Assembly (NCBI GenBank): GCA_964623775.1
Contig: CAZUVH010000001.1
Span: 155,745-219,744, forward strand
DNA length: 64,000 bases
Reading direction: 5' to 3'
Source: an uncultured Candidatus Saccharibacteria bacterium
GTDB lineage: Bacteria > Patescibacteriota > Minisyncoccia > Phycocordibacterales > UBA2100
This document shows positions 43,866-53,098 of the stretch, in pieces. How positions within the stretch are numbered: position 1 is the first letter of the stretch; the number at the start of each line of letters is the position of its first letter. The translations under genes were made by a program, and so were the position numbers. The notes under the pieces are model-generated. The model made no database searches and was not told where the DNA came from. It saw nothing but the letters and a program-made list of their open reading frames with translations.

Positions 43866-44888
43866 ATGCAAATCGGTACATTAAGGCAATGGATCGGGTA
43901 TTCCGTCGTGCTTGTAGTGGTTCTCCTCGTCGTCCCACCCTTTCTCACAAAAGCTGAGGGCACCGACGCAGACAAGATGTGCAATCCGTTTATTAAGCAA
44001 TGCGGATGTGGCGAGAAACCTAATCCCAAAACAGGAAAGTGTGAAAAAAAGGGTGGACCGGAGGTCAATACGAAGGATTGTCCGATGTACTGCAAGGACA
44101 ATACAAATGGTCATACGACCGTCGGACATTGCGTAGAGCAGAATAAATGCAAGGGCGATCTCTGCGATGGAAAACCATGCGAACAAAACAAAGGAGAAGG
44201 GGGCAAGCCGCCTGAGATGCCAAAACCACCGGAATCAAAAGACAGTCCTTCTTCAGGTGGGAGTCCGTGCGGAGCTGATGGCGCATCTACAGGTCTTCGA
44301 GATAGTATCGGAGCGATTCCGGGCGCTTCATCTACCCGGAGCGCCTCCTCGACGCCTTGCGGCTTGAGTGCAGAACAAGACAAATTCGTCGAATTCATGT
44401 CTGGCGCATCAACATCCGGATCGCAAGCGTCTGATTGGTACGGACAGAATCCATCGCAAGTTGCAAACGGCGAGGCAAGACCAACCCTTGAGAGTTATAT
44501 ACAACAGCTGCGCGGATATTTTGGCGGGATTCCATCTACGGCACAAATTCGCGCGGGAGATTCGGTGCAATCGGCGGCAGAGGCAGCGAGGTCCACGCTT
44601 GATGCGCGAGGATTCAATCTCAGTCTTGCTGACATCCAGCAATTGTCACTCTTGCCAGCATTTTTACGCGAAAATTCCGATGCGCTTCGTGTCAGTGCGG
44701 GCTCGGGCGTGAACGAAAATAGCAGCGGTCAGTCAGGAGGTCAAAATCAAGCACAGGGCGTGCCAGACAGTATTGCGCCATTTCGCGAGAGTCCTGCTAC
44801 GGGATTCTTGCCGCCAACACCCGGACAATCTTCACCTGGTTTCTTTGAAAGCAGATGGAGTGCCGTTAGAGCTTTTCTCGGACTTTAG
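43866..44888 (+). CDS. secreted cysteine-rich protein, hypothetical
   Basis: Signal peptide, then 14 Cys in about 90 aa, then S/G/Q-rich low-complexity sequence. Confidence 0.45.
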   Translation: MQIGTLRQWIGYSVVLVVVLLVVPPFLTKAEGTDADKMCNPFIKQCGCGEKPNPKTGKCEKKGGPEVNTKDCPMYCKDNTNGHTTVGHCVEQNKCKGDLCDGKPCEQNKGEGGKPPEMPKPPESKDSPSSGGSPCGADGASTGLRDSIGAIPGASSTRSASSTPCGLSAEQDKFVEFMSGASTSGSQASDWYGQNPSQVANGEARPTLESYIQQLRGYFGGIPSTAQIRAGDSVQSAAEAARSTLDARGFNLSLADIQQLSLLPAFLRENSDALRVSAGSGVNENSSGQSGGQNQAQGVPDSIAPFRESPATGFLPPTPGQSSPGFFESRWSAVRAFLGL

Positions 44889-44976
44889 GCACACTGACGC
44901 AAGTGTCTTTACGATGAAAGTCCGCTACTGTACTCTTGCGTCAGGATTCTCGCGTCAACACTGAAGAGGCGGTAAG

Positions 44977-45894
44977 ATGGAACACATGGTAAAAGCTGTA
45001 GTCACGGGAGGCTCGGGATTCATCGGCTCGCATATCGTCGACGCTCTCGTGGAGCGCGGCGATGACGTCCACGTCATTGATAACTACGCGGGGGGAAAAT
45101 ACGAAGACCGTCTTAATAAGAAGGCGACGTACCATGACGTCGATGTCAGGGCGACCGTCGAGGTGCAGAAAATCATGGAGGGGACTGATGTCGTGTTTCA
45201 CTTGGCGGCCCTCCCACGCGTGCCGTTTTCAATTGCGAATCCGATAGAGTCGAGCGACACCAATATTATGGGCACGGTCTCGGTCCTCACTGCCGCAAAA
45301 GAGGCGAAGGTGCGACGGGTTGTATATTCTGCATCAGGTTCAGCATATGGTGAACAAAAGACGATGCCGCTTATGGAATCGATGCCTGCAAATCCCGTCA
45401 ATCCATACGGTTTGCAAAAACACGTCGGAGAGCTCTTTATGAAGGTGTGGTCGCATACGTACGGCATTGAGACAGTGAGTCTGCGCTATTTCAACATTTA
45501 TGGCTCGCGCATTGATCCGAAAGGTCCCTACGCGCTTGCTGTCGGTGCCTTTTTGCTCGCGCGAAAAGAGGGAAGGCCGCTCACGATTTTCGGCGATGGT
45601 ACGATTACGCGCGATTACACGCATGTACGCGATGCCGTGCGCGCTAATTTTCTTGCGGCCGATAGTCCGAAAGTCGGAAAAGGGGAGGTAATCAATATCG
45701 GTGCGGGCCGTAATGTGACTATCCAGTCGCTTGCAGAAATGATCGGTGGCGAAATCACGTACGGGCCGCCCCGTATCGAGGCGCATGATTCAAAAGCTGA
45801 TAACCGGCTCGCGAAGGAATTGCTCGGGTGGGAACCGACGATCATGCTCGAAGAGGGGATTGCTGAATTGAAAAAAGAATACGGTATTTCCTAA
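44977..45894 (+). CDS. NAD-dependent epimerase/dehydratase (SDR family, UDP-sugar 4-epimerase-like)
   Basis: VTGGSGFIGSH and YxxxK (PYGLQK). Confidence 0.85.
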   Translation: MEHMVKAVVTGGSGFIGSHIVDALVERGDDVHVIDNYAGGKYEDRLNKKATYHDVDVRATVEVQKIMEGTDVVFHLAALPRVPFSIANPIESSDTNIMGTVSVLTAAKEAKVRRVVYSASGSAYGEQKTMPLMESMPANPVNPYGLQKHVGELFMKVWSHTYGIETVSLRYFNIYGSRIDPKGPYALAVGAFLLARKEGRPLTIFGDGTITRDYTHVRDAVRANFLAADSPKVGKGEVINIGAGRNVTIQSLAEMIGGEITYGPPRIEAHDSKADNRLAKELLGWEPTIMLEEGIAELKKEYGIS

Positions 45895-45973
45895 TTGTGA
45901 CTTTGTTTTTTAATGGACGCCTGTATGAGGCGTCCATTTTATTTAGGTGCGCAACCGGTGGTAGTATGGGTCA

Positions 45974-46786
45974 ATGATTATCGATGGGCGCGCTATTGCG
46001 GAGAGATTATATGCGAGTCTTTTTGAGCGTCGTTCTCGCATGCGGGGTTCCGTCAGGCTCGGTGTTCTTGTCGGCGGGTCGGACCCGGTAACGGAATCAT
46101 TCATCCGGATCAAGGCGCGTGCCGCCGCTCGATTGCATGTAGAGATAATCCGTCGTGATTTGCAAAAAACGCCTCAGACAGAAGATGCGGTGGCAATCGT
46201 CGAAGAGCTCTCGGGCATGAGTGACGGTGTCATTGTGCAATTGCCACTTCCATCTGAAGTGAGTGTAGAGAAGGTGCTCTCTTCGATACCTCCGTCGCAT
46301 GACGTCGACGGGATTAATCCGCTCACGCTCGACGCAAATAGAATCGCGCACGCCCCCGTCGCGGAAGCGGTGGTAGAAATACTATCGCGATCCAATATCG
46401 ACCCCATGGGTACGCATGTCGTAGTCGTTGGCCAAGGCCGTCTGGTCGGCGCACCAGCAGCCGCGCTGCTGCAGCGGCTCGGAGCGAATGTGGCTATTGT
46501 GACGGACGCTGAGGGCTCGGTAAACGAGCTTCTGAGTGCCGACATCATGATTCTCGGCGCGGGCAATCCGGGCTTCATCAAGCCACAACATCTTAAAAAA
46601 GGGGTTGTATTGATTGACGCGGGTACCTCAGAATCCGGCGGCAAGGTCGTGGGCGATGCCGATCCTGCGTGTGCCGACGTGGCCTCGATTTTCACACCTG
46701 TCCCTGGCGGAGTCGGACCTATAGCGGTCGCGATGATTTTTAAGAATCTTTTCGATCTCGTCGACGCCGCATCAACCCGAGGCTGA
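45974..46786 (+). CDS. folD: bifunctional methylenetetrahydrofolate dehydrogenase/cyclohydrolase
   Basis: MIIDGRAIAE, DVDG and PVPGGVGP. Confidence 0.85.
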   Translation: MIIDGRAIAERLYASLFERRSRMRGSVRLGVLVGGSDPVTESFIRIKARAAARLHVEIIRRDLQKTPQTEDAVAIVEELSGMSDGVIVQLPLPSEVSVEKVLSSIPPSHDVDGINPLTLDANRIAHAPVAEAVVEILSRSNIDPMGTHVVVVGQGRLVGAPAAALLQRLGANVAIVTDAEGSVNELLSADIMILGAGNPGFIKPQHLKKGVVLIDAGTSESGGKVVGDADPACADVASIFTPVPGGVGPIAVAMIFKNLFDLVDAASTRG

Positions 46787-46840
46787 TCGGCCTTGGGCCG
46801 AAAAAAGTAACTCCCCGATCGATTGATCGGGGAGCTGTGA

Positions 46841-47446
46841 CTAGTAGTTCCAGTTATCTTGCTCCATTCTTTTGAATGCACTTTTGACCGTGTCCTCGAG
46901 AGAGTCGTAAACCTCGAAGTGCCGCAAACGCTTCTTGTAATTTGCAATGATCGCCTTACGTCCCGGAAATTCCGGCTCAATCCCAAGAACGTATCGGATT
47001 TTGTTTCGGTCGTACATCATTCGGCCGAGCAAAAGTCCGACTTCAGTTCGTGAGTTCATTGCGTATGGGTTGCCATCCGATCGTGGTTCCGTCGCACTTT
47101 CAACGGGCAACCAATAAACCGCGCACCCTTGCGGCAGATGAATGGCAGCCATATCTGCAACGTATTCGATCCAGTCGAGGCGAGTATATCGCCTCAAAGG
47201 CGGTTGCTGTTCCGTTTCCCCGCGCTCAGCAGGGGGACGTGGCATTCGAAGCTTTGCGAATGGATGACTCTCCTCATACTGACAAGGCATCGCAGCGCAG
47301 AACTCATCGCCGAATTTCTCGGCGAAAAGTTCGTAGGCCCTTTTGCGCCAGTCGCCGCCCCCTTTGTCGGGGCCGCCGAAGAATATGAGCGGCTCCCTGA
47401 TGTCTTTTCTGAGGTCGGGAATTTTCACGGGGTAGATTACCGACAT
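46841..47446 (-). CDS. nucleoside 2-deoxyribosyltransferase-like (NDT/MilB-fold) protein
   Basis: LIFFGGP near the N-terminus. NSRTEVGLLLG resembles the DxGTxFExG catalytic-Glu motif. AAGGAG RBS. Confidence 0.45.
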   Translation of the reverse strand: MSVIYPVKIPDLRKDIREPLIFFGGPDKGGGDWRKRAYELFAEKFGDEFCAAMPCQYEESHPFAKLRMPRPPAERGETEQQPPLRRYTRLDWIEYVADMAAIHLPQGCAVYWLPVESATEPRSDGNPYAMNSRTEVGLLLGRMMYDRNKIRYVLGIEPEFPGRKAIIANYKKRLRHFEVYDSLEDTVKSAFKRMEQDNWNY

Positions 47447-47545
47447 GAAGCAACTCCTTACATTGAATTTTGACTGACGTCACTCTATACCTCGTTCCAA
47501 GAATTGCAAAGAAATAGACCCCGACGTATGTCGGGGTCTTGAGTG

Positions 47546-48370
47546 TCAGATTGAGAACGAGCGCTCGTATGCTTTCAGCTCCGCGTCGCGCTCAAGGAGC
47601 CATGCGGCTTCGTTTGCATCCGAAACAGGGTGCGCAAACGAGATGTGGGAGTACCGGTCGACGTCCTCGAGCCGGTCGTACTTGACGCCGTGCAAGGTAC
47701 CTCTGCCGAGCTTGCCGTGCGAGATGGCACCAAACTTCCGGCCAGGGAAGAGGCCCACCTTGCTGCAGGTCGTCTCGTCGATACGTTTCCACTCGTCAAA
47801 CGGCGTATGCACCATGAGGCCTGTTTGCGAGGCTCCCCAGTGATTGGTGATGCCACCGCGATCGAGATGTGGAAAAGCGTCGGATTTGCCCGGGTACGCG
47901 CGCAGGTAGCGCAGGTCGCGAGAAATGATGCGTCCGCGGCTGAATCGCTCGACCATCGATCCGTTGTATGCACCAAGTTTGGCGTTGAGAATATCGACGC
48001 TCGCTGCGATGGCAAGAACGTTCTCGCGTGCCCGCGCATCGAGTTCGCGGTGCGCATCAAAAAATTCTCTAAGTCCGACATCGCGGCGGACTTCAGGCAT
48101 GTCCTCGAAATGTGCATCGATCGCGTAGTGGAAAATCCACTTGTGCTCGTCGTCGGTGCGTAGCACGAGGCCGACCTCTTGCGCATATGCTTTGCCGTAG
48201 TGGTCCTCTTCGAGGACTCGCCACGGAAAAAGCTTTGCGAGGCCCGGATCCTCGGTGATACGTTCCATACCGCTTCGGATGATCTCCAGCCGTGGGCGCA
48301 GGAACCGCTCCTCGATCGGGAACTCGACGTAGCCCTGATGCAATATCGTCTCTCCAACGGTGGGGAACAT
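47546..48370 (-). CDS. 2OG-Fe(II)-oxygenase-like protein (tentative)
   Basis: Spacing of HLD (HxD), a downstream H and RYS (RxS). GAGAAAGG RBS. Confidence 0.4.
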   Translation of the reverse strand: MFPTVGETILHQGYVEFPIEERFLRPRLEIIRSGMERITEDPGLAKLFPWRVLEEDHYGKAYAQEVGLVLRTDDEHKWIFHYAIDAHFEDMPEVRRDVGLREFFDAHRELDARARENVLAIAASVDILNAKLGAYNGSMVERFSRGRIISRDLRYLRAYPGKSDAFPHLDRGGITNHWGASQTGLMVHTPFDEWKRIDETTCSKVGLFPGRKFGAISHGKLGRGTLHGVKYDRLEDVDRYSHISFAHPVSDANEAAWLLERDAELKAYERSFSI

Positions 48371-48618
48371 GGTAATGCCTTTCTCAACTTGGAGGAGTGA
48401 AGGACCAACCAAACTACTGGCTAATTCCTGCGCCAACCGTAGCACGCGTGTTTTTTTGAGTTATCCACACGCTGTCCACAATCCACAACTGTACGAAGGG
48501 GTATACCACCACACCAATAGCGGCTGATTCCAAGTTCATCTCAGCGATTTTTTGTGTGGAAAAAGTATGACTCCGGTGCGCCGTTTACAGCTATTGGTGT
48601 GGTGGTATACTGCCGCCC

Positions 48619-49932
48619 ATGGTTAGAAGGCGAATGACAGCGCTCCTCATCCTCGTTCTTGGGGCGGCTTTAGGCTACTTCGTCTACTGGTCGCAGCTGA
48701 ATCAGTGGCGACCATTCAAACTCGGCCTCGATCTCTCCGGCGGTACGCAGCTCGTCTACAATGCCGACACGAGCAAAGTGGAGGGCGATATCGCGGAATC
48801 TCTCGCGGCATTGCAGGCAGTCATCGAGCGCCGCATCAACGCCTTTGGCGTCGGCGAGCCTCTCGTCCAGACAGAACAAGCGGGTGCGTTGGGCAGGGGA
48901 AGTTATCGCCTCATTGTCGAATTGCCGGGCGTGACAGATGTGAATGCGGCGGTCAAATCAATCGGCCAGACACCTCTTCTTGAATTCAGGCTCGTGAAGC
49001 CCGGAATGGAGGCGTCGATGGCGAAAGAAGATGGCACACTCAATCCTGACGCGTTTGCCGATACGGGCCTTACGGGCAAGTACTTGAAAAATGCACAGCT
49101 TCAGTTTGGCAACGGTTCCGGCATCACCTCTGAGCCTGTTGTTGTCATTAATTTCGATTCCGCAGGCGGCAAACTCTTCGGCGAGATCACAACGGCAAAC
49201 GTCGGCAAACAAATCGCAATTTTTCTCGACGGGGCACTTCTTTCGGCGCCCGTCGTCAACGAACCGATTCGTGACGGCACTGCGGTGATCTCGGGCAATT
49301 TCTCTCCGGATGCGGCTAAAGAAATGGTGCGCAATCTAAACCTTGGTGCGCTGCCCGTACCGATCACCCTTGCCTCTACACAGACTATTGGTGCGACGCT
49401 CGGCGACAAATCCGTGCAGGCGGGCGTACTTGCTGGTGTCATCGGCTTCCTCGCGCTCTCTATTTTCATGATCCTCTGGTACAGATTGCCGGGCATTATC
49501 GCGGTTGTCTCACTTGTTATCTACACTGCGATCATGCTCTCACTCTTCCAACTGATCCCAGTCGTGCTCACTGCTGCCGGTATTGCCGCCTTCATACTCT
49601 CGGTCGGACTTGCCGTCGATGCGAATATTCTTATCGCGGAGCGCATGAAAGAAGAGCTCGCTGCGGGTAAAAAGACGGAAGAGGCGATTCGTGAGGGATT
49701 TTCGCGTGCGTGGCTCGCAATCCGCGACTCAAATGTCGCGCACATCATCGCGAGCATCATTCTTTTCTGGCTTGGTACCTCGATCATCAAAGGATTTGCG
49801 CTCGTTTTCGGACTCGGCGTAATCGTCTCGATGTTCTCGGCGATAACGATTTCTCGGTCATTCCTCCGCGCAATTGGCATTCAGGCAGAAGGGGGTTTTG
49901 GACGCTTCCTGATGCGATCAGGCATTAAATAA
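48619..49932 (+). CDS. secD: protein translocase subunit SecD
   Basis: N-terminal TM helix, periplasmic domain and six C-terminal TM helices. Confidence 0.9.
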   Translation: MVRRRMTALLILVLGAALGYFVYWSQLNQWRPFKLGLDLSGGTQLVYNADTSKVEGDIAESLAALQAVIERRINAFGVGEPLVQTEQAGALGRGSYRLIVELPGVTDVNAAVKSIGQTPLLEFRLVKPGMEASMAKEDGTLNPDAFADTGLTGKYLKNAQLQFGNGSGITSEPVVVINFDSAGGKLFGEITTANVGKQIAIFLDGALLSAPVVNEPIRDGTAVISGNFSPDAAKEMVRNLNLGALPVPITLASTQTIGATLGDKSVQAGVLAGVIGFLALSIFMILWYRLPGIIAVVSLVIYTAIMLSLFQLIPVVLTAAGIAAFILSVGLAVDANILIAERMKEELAAGKKTEEAIREGFSRAWLAIRDSNVAHIIASIILFWLGTSIIKGFALVFGLGVIVSMFSAITISRSFLRAIGIQAEGGFGRFLMRSGIK

Positions 49933-49993
49933 TTTTCAATCAATTTCCAATGTCTCAATTTGAAAATTGAAAATTGCAAATTAAAAATTCACC

Positions 49994-50887
49994 ATGAACA
50001 TTGCAAATCACAAATTCCTCATACTTCCTACAGTTGTATCACTCATTGCAATCGGCGCACTTGTTGCATGGGGACTGAAGCCCGGCATTGATCTCACAGG
50101 TGGTTCGCTGATGCAGATCTCGTATCCTACCGATCGGCCCGCTGTCGAATTAGTGCATGAGACGGTGCGCCCTCTCAATCTCGGCGAAGTGCGCGTGCAG
50201 CCGACGGGTGACAATGGGTACATCCTTCGTGCGCGCGACCTCACCAATGACGAGAAAAATGCACTTACTGTCGCACTCTCCACACTTGGTCAGGTGCATG
50301 AAGATCAGTTCAATTCCGTCGGGCCTTCACTCGGAGCCGAGATGCTCAGCAAGGGGTTGATAGCACTCGCCTTGGTAGGAGCCTCTATCATTCTCTTCAT
50401 TGCGCTTGCCTTTCGTAAGGTGTCGAAACCAGTCGCATCGTGGAAGTATGGCATTGTGGCGATCGTCACTCTGATCCACGATATTCTTATTCCCGTAGGC
50501 CTTTTTGCGATCCTCGGACACATAAAGGGGAGCGAAGTGGACACGCTCTTCATCGTCGCACTCCTCACACTTCTCGGTGTATCGATCAACAATACGATCG
50601 TCGTCTTCGATCGCATACGAGAAAATCTCAGACGTAATGAGGAGTATCGAAGGAAGGAGGCTTTCGGCGAGGTAGTAGGCAAAAGTATTATGCAGACCCT
50701 TGCTCGCTCCATGAACACCACGATCACTGTGATTATCGTCCTCATCGCACTCTACGTGCTTGGACCTGTCGCAACGCGCGACTTCGCGCTCACGCTCATT
50801 GTCGGCATGATTGCCGGAGCCTATTCGTCGATTTTCCTCGCTTCGCCGCTCTTGGTGATGTGGGAAAGACTCCAGAAAAAAGCGTAG
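49994..50887 (+). CDS. secF: protein translocase subunit SecF
   Basis: SecF topology. GIDLTGG motif. Confidence 0.9.
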   Translation: MNIANHKFLILPTVVSLIAIGALVAWGLKPGIDLTGGSLMQISYPTDRPAVELVHETVRPLNLGEVRVQPTGDNGYILRARDLTNDEKNALTVALSTLGQVHEDQFNSVGPSLGAEMLSKGLIALALVGASIILFIALAFRKVSKPVASWKYGIVAIVTLIHDILIPVGLFAILGHIKGSEVDTLFIVALLTLLGVSINNTIVVFDRIRENLRRNEEYRRKEAFGEVVGKSIMQTLARSMNTTITVIIVLIALYVLGPVATRDFALTLIVGMIAGAYSSIFLASPLLVMWERLQKKA

Positions 50888-50990
50888 ATCAAAGCAGCCT
50901 TCGCCTCCGTGCCTATAGACACTCTCCACACACCCACGTTGATACGTGGGTTTTTCGAGGTCTAATTACATAAGATCAAAGGAGTAACCG

Positions 50991-51629
50991 ATGCGTTCGG
51001 TAGCGATGGTTTTTGGCCTCATCCTAGCTTTCTTTTACTTCGATTCTGCGCATGCAGAAGATTTTTTTACCGCGAAGCGGATCCTTCTTCGTGAAGGGGC
51101 GGTGGCATTAAAGTGGCAAGCTCTTTTGAGGCGTCACGCAATCGAAAGTACCGAACTTGATGCATGTAGGAGTGATCCAAGTACATGTACTGCGAGTCAA
51201 AAAAACTACTTGGCGCTCCTTGAAATCGCACGCGGTAAAAAACCGGGCATACTGAATCGTGCGATCAATTACTCGATCCGGTACACTGGCGATTTTTCGC
51301 AGCATGGGCACGTGGATGTATGGAGTACTCCGCTCGAGACGCTTGCGACCGGAAGGGGAGACTGCGAAGACTACGCCATCTTAAAGTTTCTGCTTTTCAA
51401 AGATGCAGGCGTCCCGGCGGAAGACCGGCGACTGATCATCACGCGTGAAAAGAATCTCCATGACGGAAAAGATAGAGATCACATGCTGCTGGCTCTCAAG
51501 GTGGAAGGGACCTGGCTCCTCCTGGACAGTCGCCACCTTAGCTTGCTCGGAGTACGGGAGATGACGGCAGAGATTCTCTTCGTGCTCGACGAAAGTGACG
51601 TGCATCTGACACTACGTAAAGGTAAATAA
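50991..51629 (+). CDS. bacterial transglutaminase-like cysteine proteinase (BTLCP/LapG-like), exported
   Basis: Signal peptide and the GDCEDYA signature of DUF920/Peptidase C93. Confidence 0.6.
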   Translation: MRSVAMVFGLILAFFYFDSAHAEDFFTAKRILLREGAVALKWQALLRRHAIESTELDACRSDPSTCTASQKNYLALLEIARGKKPGILNRAINYSIRYTGDFSQHGHVDVWSTPLETLATGRGDCEDYAILKFLLFKDAGVPAEDRRLIITREKNLHDGKDRDHMLLALKVEGTWLLLDSRHLSLLGVREMTAEILFVLDESDVHLTLRKGK

Positions 51630-51663
51630 AAAAGGCGGCAGATATTCTGCCGCCTTTGTTTCA
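51626..51663. terminator. bidirectional terminator
   Basis: aaaaaggcggcagatattctgccgcctttgttt. Confidence 0.65.
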
Positions 51664-52137
51664 TGCCGCTTCTCGAATCGTACCGACGAAATTGCGAATG
51701 ATATCTGCCGCGGAGGGTGCGATTCCATTTTCGATCACATCTTCCATAACAAGCGAGTCTGTACACTCGCATGGGATCCTTGCGTGGTCCAAGTACGAGG
51801 TGACTGCCGCGAAATCGGCGCGTTTCTCTTTGAGAAGCCACGCGTGCTGATCCAGTGCTTCGCTGTTCAGAAAGACGAGGCCGATCCGGATGCTCGTGGC
51901 GCGCGCCTGCGCCTGAAGCACGAGATCGCTGTAATCGTCCGTCCCTTTCACTATCAGAATGAAATGACTGTTTCCTCGCAGATTGTGAGAGAATTTCCCC
52001 CAGCTGAATACTGTACCCGGTGCGTTGGTTCGCTTGTACGCGACCGAGCCGACACCTGCTCGCATGCAAGCTATTCCGATAGCGTGCCTGTCGTCTGCGG
52101 AGAGATGCTGCGATCCTGCGATAATGACATTCGTCAT
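51661..52137 (-). CDS. hypothetical protein (Rossmann-like?)
   Basis: Ends at the bidirectional terminator. Composition is more protein-like than the overlapping ORFs. Confidence 0.35.
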   Translation of the reverse strand: MTNVIIAGSQHLSADDRHAIGIACMRAGVGSVAYKRTNAPGTVFSWGKFSHNLRGNSHFILIVKGTDDYSDLVLQAQARATSIRIGLVFLNSEALDQHAWLLKEKRADFAAVTSYLDHARIPCECTDSLVMEDVIENGIAPSAADIIRNFVGTIREAA

Positions 52138-52251
52138 CACTTCTTCCTTCTCAAAAGAACTATCGAATGTTTGTAGCTTTTTCCGTGCGCGTTGTCAACG
52201 ATTTCTCACTCATGTACTATCGGCGCAGTCGAGAGATATAAGGAGAAGAAA

Positions 52252-52512
52252 ATGGCAGTGACGTGGGTCCTCGTCATTCGACCAGACAAACGAGATCGCA
52301 GGGATGCGAAGAATAGGCTGATGCTTTTTACGAAAATCAGAGAAGCCGGATACCAGCCGTATGAGATTGGCCGAGCGAATCGACGCGAACTCGAAAAAGA
52401 TAATATCCGTCGAAAGTTCGCTGATTTCGTCGCTTTTACAGACGAGAGCGCGCCGGAATTGAAAGAGCTTGTGTATCTGGCACGCTTTCGCCGCTTCACG
52501 CCGAAGAAATGA
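52252..52512 (+). CDS. hypothetical small protein
   Basis: AAGGAG sits 7 nt upstream. Confidence 0.35.
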   Translation: MAVTWVLVIRPDKRDRRDAKNRLMLFTKIREAGYQPYEIGRANRRELEKDNIRRKFADFVAFTDESAPELKELVYLARFRRFTPKK

Positions 52513-52576
52513 TCGCCATTGTCAGCTTGTTTCTCATCTGGTAGTATCGCGACCGGAACAACAGAAGGAGATTGTT

Positions 52577-52738
52577 ATGTGCACATACCGCCGTTCGCCC
52601 GGCCCCAACGACCATGTGGAGCTCGATCAGGATGAGGTGAAACGCGTCGCTGAACGCCAACCGCCCCCTCCTTCGGATGTGCCACTCGGCACCCCGTTCG
52701 ATAACCTCTGGCAGCGGGCACCCTCAGGTCGCAAGTAA
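52577..52738 (+). CDS. hypothetical small protein
   Basis: AAGGAG sits 6 nt upstream. Confidence 0.3.
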   Translation: MCTYRRSPGPNDHVELDQDEVKRVAERQPPPPSDVPLGTPFDNLWQRAPSGRK

Positions 52739-52751
52739 AGGTATCGCGGTG

Positions 52752-53027
52752 ATGACTTCAGTAGCGGATCTGATTGAGAAGCTCACTGTTGCGATCGCGA
52801 AATGCGAAAAAGATCCGAGCGGTTTCTTCGCTGATCTCGAATTCATCGGCGCCGCGTTGCAGGACGCAGCGGCAAAGGCTGCGCTCGACAAGGTGATCGA
52901 AGAGCTGCGCGTAAAAGAGCGCCTCCAGGAATTAACGATCGAGGTCGCAATGATGGCACTCGGCTTTCTCATGAACCACCTCATGGCGTCACAAGGAGCC
53001 GATGTTATTGCAGCCGTGTTCTTTTGA
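52752..53027 (+). CDS. hypothetical small protein
   Basis: AAAGG upstream. A terminator follows at 53034-53060. Confidence 0.35.
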   Translation: MTSVADLIEKLTVAIAKCEKDPSGFFADLEFIGAALQDAAAKAALDKVIEELRVKERLQELTIEVAMMALGFLMNHLMASQGADVIAAVFF

Positions 53028-53069
53028 TACTCTAAAAGCCCCGCTCTGCGGGGCTTTTTACTGCCTCGC

Positions 53070-53098
53070 TTGACTCGATATGGGGCCTTGTATATACT
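53070..53098 (+). promoter_or_regulatory. sigma70-type promoter TTGACT-17-TATACT (16S promoter)
   Basis: Same architecture as the promoter at 35293. Confidence 0.6.

Noticed and set aside
46174-46986. 270-aa - strand ORF
   Set aside because: It is antisense to folD.
47575-48408. 277-aa - strand ORF in an alternative frame
   Set aside because: It has the same span as 47546-48370 but an Ala/Ser/Arg-rich low-complexity translation. The other frame has enzyme-like composition and an RBS.
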